Source: Okamejei kenojei (Eukaryota). From it: a stretch of 64,000 bases of DNA. Below the pieces are notes generated by a model that worked only from the letters and a program-made list of their open reading frames with translations, was not told the origin of the DNA and did not search any database. A program made the position numbers and the translations under genes. Numbering within the stretch: the first letter of the stretch is position 1; every line of letters starts with the position of its first letter. Shown piece by piece: positions 51,175-61,290 of this stretch. Where the stretch lies: NCBI GenBank assembly GCA_035221665.1, contig CM069132.1:66898001-66962000 (forward strand). The letters are read 5' to 3'.

Positions 51175-52380
51175 CCCGCCATGCTCAACCCTCTCTCATA
51201 AAGGATCATATGGTAGTTCTCGAGTCACTGATCTTACTATGTACTTCGGTGATGTTTATTTGAGATTTCATACTGCTGCTTTCATGTTTGGTGCGCATGC
51301 GGCCTGGCGGGTCTTCTTCACGTAATCACCAACGTAACTCATCATAAAATCAAGATCAAACTTCAAACTGGTAAGTTCTAATTTAATCTTACTATTAAAT
51401 ACTCTTGACTCGTATTCACACTCATTCTTGAACAAATCTCCACAAATGTGACAATGCTCCAGCATGTGATTCAATATGTAGTGAATCTTATTGTTATTCA
51501 TTGAATCTCCCTTCAGATGTATATATCTAATGTAAAAGTACTAAGGACATTCTTAGCATTCCCGTGGATTCCCTGGTTAAGATTTGCAAACAGCTCAGAG
51601 GGGCTGAACTTGGGACCTTTTGGTCTTTACTAACTTGGATGTGTTTTAAACTGCATGCTGCACTATGCTTATACAGCCAACAGAAATAATATCATCACTT
51701 GGTGTTTTTGACAAGATGTTTCTAATTACAATGAAGAATTAATTATCTGTCAGCAGAATTACATGGAAACAGTTATGTGCAACACAAAGGAGATAGCTTA
51801 GAATAAATTACTCCCTGAAGAAGGTTAGAAGGGAGATAATGGAGATCCAGAACAGGAAAACATTTCTCACTAAATCTATCACAAATGTTGACTTGGAATA
51901 GTGATATAACTAAAGTTGTTTGTTTAAAATATCTGTTGCATGTGCTTTGTTTTGTTTTCCAGAGAACATACGCTTAAGGTGAAGGGGAAAAGATTTAATA
52001 GGAACCTGAGGGGTAACTTTTTTACACAAAGGGTGATGGATGTATCTGCCAGAGGAGGTGGTTGAGGCAGGTACTAACACATAGATAGGTACATGGACAG
52101 GAGAGGTTTAGAGAGATACCAGACTAAGTGAGACCCGATGGTTCCCATGTTCACACGGGAGGGCTGGTCCCCCAAGGCAATATTCCACCACTCCACAATT
52201 CCAATATTGGAGCGCTAGTATGGGAATTGTGGGCTGAAGGGGTTGGTTTCCAGAGGGCTAGTATGGATATTGTGGGCCAAATGGATTCTTGGGGTGGCAG
52301 CTCAGTCACTCAAGCCTGGTGTGCTGGCATCTCACTCATGGCTGGTGGGCTAGCAGTTGACATGCCTATTCCTTGAAATT

Positions 52381-52790
52381 CCATTTCAAGCAGGTTGCAA
52401 GGCCACCAAATTCAGGTGCAGTTTCCTACCACTTCAAGCAGGGTGCAAGACCATTGAATTCAAGTGCAGTTTCTGACCACTTCAAGCAGGCTGCAAGGCC
52501 ACTGAATTCAAGTGCAGTTTCATACCACTTCAAGCAGGGTGCAGGGCCACCAACTCAAGAGCAGTTTCCTGCCACTTCAAGCATTGTGGAAGGCCATCAA
52601 ATTCAAGTGCAGTTTCATGCCACTTCAAGCTGGGTGCAAGGCCACCAAATGCTAGTGCTGTTTCATGACATTTCAAGCAGGGTGCAAGGCCACCAAATTC
52701 AAGTGCAGTTTCATACCACTTCAAGCAGGGTGCAAGCCCACCAAATTCAAATGCAGTTTCATACCATTTCATGCAGGGTGCAAGGCCACC
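52381..52790. repeat. 48-bp minisatellite, about 8.5 copies
   Basis: Unit ccacttcaagcagggtgcaaggccaccaaattcaagtgcagtttcata. Confidence 0.95.
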
Positions 52791-53006
52791 ATGGCCTTCA
52801 TGGCGTGATTGACAGGAGAGAGATTCTCACCATTTTTTTAAAACACTAATAACACTTTTATTTTGAATTGCTGGGAAGAATCCTCTGCATCTGATGAGCA
52901 GAGGGGGACTGAGTAAGATGACCAAAAATCACAGCCGTAAGTGGTAGCGTTTTATCTAAAATCAATATAGAGTGCAAGCAGGAAGTTGTCAAGTTTAGAC
53001 TTGCAG

Positions 53007-53362
53007 CCATTTGCAGTGCAGCATTTCAAAGCAACCACCACCGACAACCATTTGCAGTGCAGCATTTCAACGCAACCAACACCGACAACCATTTGCAGTG
53101 CAGCATTTCAACGCAACCACCACCGACAATATTTGCAGTGCAGCATTACAACGCAACCACCACCAACAACCATTTGCAGTGCAGCATTTCAAAGCAACCA
53201 CCATCGACAACCATTTGCAGTGCAGCATTTCAAAGCAACCACCACCAACAACCATTTGCAGGGCAGCGTTTGAAAGCAACCACCGCCAACACCCATTTGC
53301 AGTGCAGCATTTCAAAGCAACCACCACCAACAACCATTTGCAGTGCAGCATTTCAAACCAAC
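53007..53362. repeat. 41-bp minisatellite, about 9 copies
   Basis: Unit ccatttgcagtgcagcatttcaaagcaaccaccaccgacaa (starts at 53007 and 53048). Confidence 0.95.
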
Positions 53363-54819
53363 CACATTTTCATTTTCAAACCACATTAAGGGCACTCACA
53401 GTTGAGTAGACATGTGTTCAGTGTTATTCACAGCTCAGAGAGATCTAACCCTCTCGCTTCCTCCATCTTGCAGAGACTGAGTGAGGCACAACACTTCTGG
53501 GTTTTACAGTCCCTCCCCTCTCCCACCAGCAGAGGCAGCCGAGAGAATGTCAACATTTTTTAAACTTTAATAACTCTTTTATTTTTCATCCATGGGAAAA
53601 ATTGTGTCCTGCGCAGCGGAGGGGGACTCTGAGTAACATATCCAAAAATCTGAGCTGTAAGTGGCAGCATTTATTCTAAAATCATGAAACAGGAAGTGGT
53701 CAAGATCTTACTTTTAGTAATATAAGATGAGCCAAATGCAAGCAGATGGCACTAATGTAGCTGGGGCATGTTGGTTGATGTGGGCAAGTTGGGCCTGAAA
53801 GCTGGTTTCCATGCAGTAAGACTGACTCTATGACCACTCAGGAACAATTGATAATAAAAAACATTCTTTTTTTTAAAGTTTTACTTCATATCATTAATGA
53901 ATAGTGAGTGGAAATCAGTCCTGTTTGGAATCATTTTCCAACTAAGCACCTTTTGCACCTGAGCACTTTAAGTCACTCCAATTGCAGCACATTGCCTCCC
54001 CATGATTGTTATGGTTGGATAGTTATCATAGTTACATAAAAATTAAAAATAATAATAAGAAACATCAGGAAATGAAGAGGCTTTTTGGGGAAGAATGAAA
54101 GATCACAGCGAAGCAAAATTAAGTTTGATCAGAGGATTTAAGAGAAGCCTGACAGTCAAAGCCAGTTGAAGATACAACAGCGTTATAATTTAAAAATAAG
54201 CTTTAAACAGACTGTGGATGAAATCAAGTACATTTTCTGCAAGATCTAATCACAAATATTAAAATGCTGTCCCACAAGGTTCTGGCCTAGGAAATAAATG
54301 ATTGAAAGTTCACAGTAAGTGAGATACTTTGAAGGAAATAAATCCTAGTATTGGATAGTATTTACTGAGTCAGGCAACTGAGAAAATGATTAGTGAGGAT
54401 TACTGCTGCTAAAGACAACAGAGTTTATAGACTGGGAAGATAGTTATGCAGTTGAAAATATAAAATACCAATGCCAAATATAACAGGAACACCTACATTT
54501 TCTGTTTAATCCATCCTACTGGCTGCCAGAAACATTGCTGATGGCGAGAAAGAGCATCTAAAGGTGGTGGACAGGCTGCCAGACTGCCCATTCGTGTGGT
54601 CCTTGCCAATCAGGTAAGGAATGAGTCAACAGCCAGAGTTGACAATGGGTAAGAATGGCCAGCAGATGACAGTGATGGAGGAGGCTGGTGAACGAATGGA
54701 GGGGGGAAGTGTACCAGGTTGGTTGAAGAACAACAGCAGCAGGACTGAGAAGACTTGGCTGCAACAGAGGTCGACTCCACTCTGAATAGATCATGTAGAC
54801 ACACAGAGTGTACTGTTCA

Positions 54820-55095
54820 GATTAGGGGATTTGAAAACCAGAGGACATAGGTTTAAAGTGAGGAGGGAAGGATTTACTGGGGACCTGAGTGGTAACTGAG
54901 GGGAATGATCTACCAGAGGAGGTGGTTGAGGCAGGTAGTATTGCAACGTTTAAGAAATATTTGGACAGGTACTTGGATAGGAGAGTTGAAAGAGATATGG
55001 ACCAAACATAAGCAAGTGGGACTAGTGTAGATGGGGCACGTTAGTCAGTGTGAGCAAGTCTGGCCAGAGGGCTTGTTTTCACACTGTATATCTCT
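54820..55095 (+). mobile_element. CR1 3' fragment
   Basis: accagaggacataggtttaaagtgagg..gaggtggttgaggcaggt..ttggacaggtacttggatagg. Confidence 0.85.
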
Positions 55096-56011
55096 ATAAT
55101 ATACCTGCAATACTTTGACAAGCTTTGCAGAGTGAGTCTATGCTCTTCTAAAGTTTCTTGTGAATAGCTTCCTTCAACAAGGAGGACAGCACAAACTATT
55201 GGTTATGCAATCAAGATCACAAGTGTTTTGTTGCTGGCTACAAGGATATCAGTGACATTAGTTTATACTTACGCTATTCGGCTTGCCAAATGATTGCAAA
55301 CTTTCCTCCAACTCTTCATTGATAACACCTACAAAAGACCTCATATGAATTGTTAAGACTCTCAGTCCATTAATGTGCATCTAGTGTGTGGTTGATATAT
55401 CATGAATGCTCGTGCCAACTTTCTTGACAGCTACCACAATGTATTTGTATGATAGTAATCTACAGGCGCACACTATTTGCACAATAAATGAGGGATTAAC
55501 TGTGCTTGAAATGTACATATTCTTAATGTCCACAAGAATAAAAGCTTAAATAACAAAGAAATGCCTATTATTTTAAATGTCGACACCAGAAAATAAAAGT
55601 AAAAGTATCTCACGGCATGTAAAACAATGTAGACCCAGGAAACAGTTCAAGGATGTAATACAATCAGGAGATTCATATGACATTAATAAATCACTGTTGT
55701 ACCTTATGATAGTGTGAATCTCTCGGTTGGGTTTTAGCTATCTAACTTCTTGCTCATTATTCCCACAAATTTGATAGTTTCATTATTTAACCTTAGCTTA
55801 AATGGAAGCTTGCCATCCAATGTAAGGAGGGGGCATGCTATTGTTTAAGAATTATTTTCCTGGCAATTAGAAAATACAACTGTGAGGCATGTGAATCTTA
55901 ACTCAACACAATCAAAATAAAAGATTTTGTAAAACTTAATTCTCAATCACACTGATCCTATTCAGGGTCCTGCTGTGGTCACGAAATGTAAACCAATTGA
56001 AAGTCCATAAT

Positions 56012-56555
56012 GAGGACACAAGGAACTGCAGGCGCTGTCTTGCAGTAAAAGATGCAAAATGCTGGAGTACCTTGGCTGGTTAGGCAGCACCTCTGCCATC
56101 TGTACATAATAAAGGTCTGATTGTCCACAGCTCCAATGGGTGCAGAAGATGAGCACAGCTGTTACGAATGTGACTGCATCCTAGTTCCATGGTTTTAAAC
56201 TCAATGGTCTGATTTTTTGCAAACATGCCAACAGGTATAGCATGCAAGAGACTGCAGGTGTTGCAATCTGAACCAAAAAATAAACTGTTGGAGGAACTCG
56301 GTTGTCAGCAACATCTGTGAAGGCTGAGGAATGGTCAATATTTCAGGTTGAGACCACGCACCAGTCTTTTCCTCCATTGGTGTTGCTTGACTGATTGAGT
56401 CCTTCCCAGAGTTGATTTTTATACCAGCAGGAGAAGAAGAGTCCTGAGCTGAAACGTCACCTGTCCATTTCCACCACAGATGCTGTCAGACCTGCTGTTC
56501 CTTCAGTACTTTGTGTTTTGCTCAAGATTCCAACATCTGCAGATCCTTGTGACTT
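56012..56555. mobile_element. Cluster of three older Penelope-derived repeats
   Basis: Diverged family matches at ~56012-56100, ~56245-56400 and ~56430-56555 (gaagaagagtcctgagctgaaacgtcacc). Confidence 0.6.
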
Positions 56556-57609
56556 TACCTTAGATGTCAGGTTCAGACTCTTCCAGCTGCCACAGGGGTG
56601 AGTCTGCAGCACAAGGTTGTGCAATTCGGTTGGACCGGAGTGGGGAATGGGTGGGGAGTTCAAGAAGCTGGATGATATGTTGGATGATAGTGGTTTTGTG
56701 GATGAGGAGAAATCAGGGGATCAGTGGATTGGGTGATGTTTGAGGAAAATGGCATTGTAAATCCAACTGCTTGGTGTTCAAGGATGCTAGTGGGTTGGGG
56801 GCAATAGGAGAACATGGAGAGGTGGAGGGGAATCAGCCTTGCTTGGATGCTGGGGATTGGTAGAATGGTGGGTCAGAGCCTGGGACTCGGTTGATCATAT
56901 AATCTATGGTCAGCCAGTTGGAGGCTTGGAGGGTTTGGGGAAGAACTTAAACAATTGCAGTGTTGGAGTGTTGAGATAAAGGTATGGGAATTATGACAAA
57001 ATGCAGTGTAAGGGAAGAACTGGAGATGCAAGGTAAGTATTTCACACAGCCTGCCCCTGTCGTCATAAGTCCCAGTTATCCTAGGCATGCCCCATGATGG
57101 AACTGAGATTACATGGCTGAAAATTTCCGGCAATTCTCTGAAAGTCATGTTGAATAGGGAGTAACATCAGCACATGCAGCCCTTGGATTGAAATCATGTC
57201 AGCAGTGAAATGTGACTCGCACTCGGAAGCGCTCAATCAACCTTTAAGTTAGATGTGAACTATGTGGAAATGTTCATTTTTTATGTTTCATTCTGAACAC
57301 GAAAAGGAATTTATTCTGTAGTTCGAAAATGAATTTTTCTTGGCACATATCTCTGTACGAGAATAAAACACATTCAATTTACAAATTAAAAAGCAAAAGT
57401 CATCTGTCATTAAGAGATACAGGCTAAATGTATCATTACAAATTTCAAAGTGGTTACACCAATTTTTTACTGGAATGCCGGTGTGAGATCATAGGCTCCC
57501 TACAGAATTTCAGTGCTCAGGTTTACATCCTTAAACAATTTCAAGGTCCCTTTGTATGGAATAAATGTTGACAAGGGCACCAAAATAATTATGTTACTTT
57601 TCAGCAAAG

Positions 57610-57795
57610 TTGTGCCACGGGAGGGAACAATTTAAGTTCACCTGAGTGGACATGTAGACTCACTGACTGAATGTCTGAATAGCAATTGGCGATTCCTGCA
57701 ATATGTTGTGAGCTCGAAGGTAGCCTGAATTTCTGGTTCAAGCTCTTCTAAAGTGATTTGAACCCCCAAACGTTCTGAATTAGTGACAGGTATAC
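57610..57795 (-). mobile_element. Highly diverged Deu-domain SINE
   Basis: Colinear similarity to 33550-33730 (ttcacctga.., agcctgaatttctggttcaag.., ttgaacccccaaacgttctga). Confidence 0.4.
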
Positions 57796-58136
57796 GATAA
57801 ACTATGTTAGGCATATGTTGGTCAGCAAAATTCAGACCATTCTTATTGACCAAATGGTGAGCTGTGTGCGAGGAGATAAACTTCCGGTAAGAAATTCAAT
57901 TTGTTTCCATCCTGGAAGAAACAATGTAATGTGACCCTGTGACTCGCCAGAATTTATATAAATATACTGTACTATTATTTCAAAGCTATATTCCGTACTG
58001 TGACTATTCAGTATATTAATGGTATTATTAAGAAACTTACAATAAAATTATCATGCTTGATAAAATAGTAAAATAGCAAACAATTTAAATGAATTAATTT
58101 TAAAAAGAATAGCTTGAAGTAATGAAGATATATTCT

Positions 58137-58257
58137 AGGGTCTTGACCTAAAACGTCACCCATTCCTTCTCTCCCTGAAATGCTGCCTGTCCCGCTGAGT
58201 TACTTCAGCATTTTGTGTCTATCTTCGGTTTAAACCAGCATCAGCAGTTCCTTCCTA
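58137..58257 (+). mobile_element. Penelope-derived short repeat
   Basis: agggtcttgacctaaaacgtcacccattccttctctcc..gagttacttcagcattttgtgtctatc. Confidence 0.75.
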
Positions 58258-58869
58258 TTTATTTTCTATTAAGCCAATTTTATCCTGCTTTGTAAATATG
58301 ATTTGTGAAACTGACCTATCTGAGTCAAATACTCATTCTCCGGTCTGTCGGTCACTGTGGTCAGAAGCTAATTAAAAATCCTGCAACTTCAGCATTTGCC
58401 TGTAAAGTGTATGAGTCATTTGAATATATCCAGACATGTGTCATCGACAGCTATGGTCTCCTGGAGCTTGCTTGTGTGCCTTAGGGTGTCAGAGCAGTAT
58501 TTGCCAGAACATTTCCTGAATTAGCTGCACGTATTTTATTCTTCCCTGGGAGTTAGCACTATTAGTGATTGGATTAGAAGATGCACAAAGTTAACAGATT
58601 ATCTATGGTAATGTTCTTTTCTCAACAGTTTTCTTCCTGTGCTTGTGTGTGTTTAAAGAGGCAAAATAACATATTTTCACAATAGCAATAAAGATCTTAG
58701 CAAACATGACTGTTTTGAACAGATAATTGCAGTTAGCAATACTTTTATGATAAACCTCAGACCCCCTGCTACCTTTCCAGGAACCAAACATATTGACATG
58801 CTTCAAGGTCACCATTCTTATAAGTAAAGACAACAACATATATTTTTACAGCAGTTTTAACAGAGTTAA

Positions 58870-59340
58870 TTTTTACGATGTGTGTCTTAAGAGGGTCATC
58901 AAACAAAACGTGATAACTCAGGAGAATGATCTGCAAGGGGAAATGATCGACCACTTGGTCAAACATGTCTTTTGCTAAAAATGGCATCTTAAAGAGAGAG
59001 AGAGAAAGGTAAAGATGCAGTGAGGTTTAGTGAGGGAATACCAGTGAACTAGGCCTAGGCATCTCAAGTGGTTGTCTCTCACGTAAATTGAATAAGGACA
59101 GGACTGAACATTGCAGAGCTGAAGGATGCCAAAGAGGTGAAGATGTGCAAAGGTGATAACCTTTAAAAATGAGAAATTGCCAGGTTGAGAGCCAATATCA
59201 GTTGGTAAATTTTGGAACCATGGGTGAAAACATTTGAAATGTGTTTGAATATAGGCTGCTGAAGGTTGTGAGCTAAAGCTGATGAACAGTATTAACTGGG
59301 CAGCCAAACATTAGAAAATAGCATTTTAGGATAACAAAGG
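58870..59340 (-). mobile_element. Old L2-like LINE 3' fragment
   Basis: cttggtcaaa..catcttaaagagagagag..ggtttagtgagggaataccag..aggcctaggca resembles the antisense of L2 3' ends (recall only). Confidence 0.45.
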
Positions 59341-60004
59341 ATTATCAGATGTTAGAAGGATTTTCAGATGTTAAAGACTGGAAGAAGCTAAGGTTTAACC
59401 AGAGATTTATAAATGTTTAATATGCTATTTTTCTACCTGTTAGAGTCAAATAACCCCAAATAACACTGCCTTATCATGATGCTTCATTGCTTGTAAAGAT
59501 TTATGAAGATGCATCTTCTTCTGGTCGTATACACCTTCACAGTAGTCCTGTTGCTTGTGAAGAGCCACCTGATATGCGTGACTTCATTCCAAGTCACTGA
59601 ATTGTTCTGTCCTCTTCTTATGCCCGACAAAATCATCAATTAGCCCAGATGCACACATTCTCCAAAACATGGTATATTATTGCACAGGATACACTGTCCC
59701 TAAGTTTGGTTATTATTCAAGATAGTTGAAATGTGTATTCTCTCAACCCAATTTCATTACATTTATATAAAACTGGTAATGTTTCTAATAATGATTCTTG
59801 ATGGAACTTGCTGTACACATTTCTCCAGTCAGTATAACAACTATTAGCCTCCTTAATCTTCTTGTTTGCCTTGTATTCCTTAGCTAAACATTTCTTCTTC
59901 TTCTTGGGTAATTCCGTGGATTGAGGTTGACTTGTATCCATTCTGACTTTCTGTGTTTTGAGGTAACTGGAGAGGATATTGTAGGAACCTATGTAACTGA
60001 AGAA

Positions 60005-60092
60005 GTCTGAAGAAGTATCTTGACAAGAAACATCACCTATCCGTGTTCTCCAAATATGCTGCCTGACCTGCTGAGTTACTCCAGCATTTTGT
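60005..60092 (+). mobile_element. Penelope-derived short repeat
   Basis: ctgaagaagtatcttgacaagaaacatcacc plus body. aacctatgt is duplicated on both flanks. Confidence 0.75.
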
Positions 60093-60461
60093 AACCTATG
60101 TCGCTACTTTTTAGTTCCGTGAGCTTTGATTTATCACATCATTCTATTATTTGGTCTTTTGGCAAGTCCACAAACACAATATTTACTGTGCTAGTGTTAT
60201 TAACAATCTTCTTTCAGCTGGTATCAATATCACTGCCCTATGACATACATTCCACAATTCCCGACATCTCCCCTTCTGTACAACTTTAAAATATTTTTGA
60301 TTTCTACCTTTTCCTAGTTCTGGTGAAAGATCATCAGCCTGAATTGTTAACTGGTTTCTTTCTGTAAAGTTGTTGCCTGATCTGCAAAATATTTCCAGCA
60401 TTTCTTGCTTACTTGGCATTTTAAGCATCTGTTTTTTTTAACCATCATTAACCTCTGTATA

Positions 60462-60770
60462 AGGTAGAGTCGCAGGTAAATAGGTTGGTCAAAAAGGCTT
60501 TTGGCACATTGGCCTACTCAGTCAAAGTACTGAGTATGGAAGTTGGGAGTTCATGTTGCAGTTGTATAAGACGTTGGTGAGGTTGCATTTAGATTATTGT
60601 GTTCAATTCTGGGCACCATGTATTAGGAAAGATGTTGTCAAGCTGGAAATGGTATAGAGAGGATTTACAAGGATGTTACCAGGACTAGAGGGTCTGAGCA
60701 ATAGGGAGAGGTTGAGTAGGCTGGGGCTCTATTCCATGGAACGCAGGAGGATGAGAGGTGATCTTATAGA
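60462..60770 (+). mobile_element. CR1 ORF2 C-terminal fragment
   Basis: ORF 60673 reads MLPGLEGLSNRERLSRLGLYSMERRRMRGDLIE. Confidence 0.85.
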
Positions 60771-60845
60771 ATATAATTATGATTCAATCCCATTCCCCTG
60801 CCTTCTCCCTGTAACTTTTGACCACTTTACTAATCAAGAACCTAT

Positions 60846-61290
60846 CATAGAATCATAAAGTGATACAGTGTGGAAACAGGTCCAACTCGCCCACACCAAC
60901 CTACAATGGCCCAGCTACCCTAGTCCCACTTGCCTGTGCTTGGTCCATAACCCCCCCAAACCTGTCCCATCCATGTACCTGTCCAACTGTTTCTTAAACA
61001 ATGGAATAGTCCCAGCCTCAACTACCTCCTCCGGCAGCTTGTTCCATACACCCACCACCTTCTGTGTGAAAAAGTTACCCCCCGGATTCCTATTAAATCT
61101 TTTCCCCTTCACCTTGAACCTATGTCCTCTGGTCCTTGATTCCCCTACTCTGGGTAAAATACTCTGTGCATCTACCCAATCTATTCCTCTCATGATTTTG
61201 TACACCTCTATAAGATCTCCCCTCATCCTCCTACGCTCCATGGAATAGAGACCCAGCCTACTCAACCTCTCCCTATAGCTCATGCCCTCT
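60846..61290 (-). mobile_element. CR1 3' end fragment
   Basis: ORF 60915-61283 reads SYRERLSRLGLYSMERRRMRGDLIEVYKIM..NFFTQKVV..WNKLP, followed by the tail. Confidence 0.9.

Larger units (their letters stand above)
46731..51396 (+). mobile_element. Full-structure DIRS1-type tyrosine-recombinase retrotransposon (inactivated by stops and frameshifts)
   Basis: Left terminus 46731-46792. ICR 51063-51174 is complementary to both outer ends. Right ITR 51289-51322 plus extension to 51396. T-rich junctions with no TSD. gag, RT, RH, MT and YR domains in canonical order. Confidence 0.95.
52119..53727 (-). mobile_element. Non-autonomous Helitron
   Basis: Minus strand starts TCTTATATTACTAAAAG and ends with an imperfect hairpin (52130-52146) then CTGG (CTRR). 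Inserted between A and T with no TSD. Confidence 0.85.
51960..53832 (+). mobile_element. CR1 3' fragment split by the Helitron (51960-52118 and 53728-53832)
   Basis: ggtttagagagata | tgagccaaatgc rejoins into the CR1 3' sequence seen at 54985-55010. Confidence 0.85.

Noticed and set aside
52373-53409. Repetitive ORFs (HFKQGARP.., QPPPTTICSAAF..) and a CRISPR-like periodic look
   Set aside because: These are translations of head-to-tail minisatellites inside a Helitron. There are no unique spacers and no cas genes, and the context is eukaryotic.
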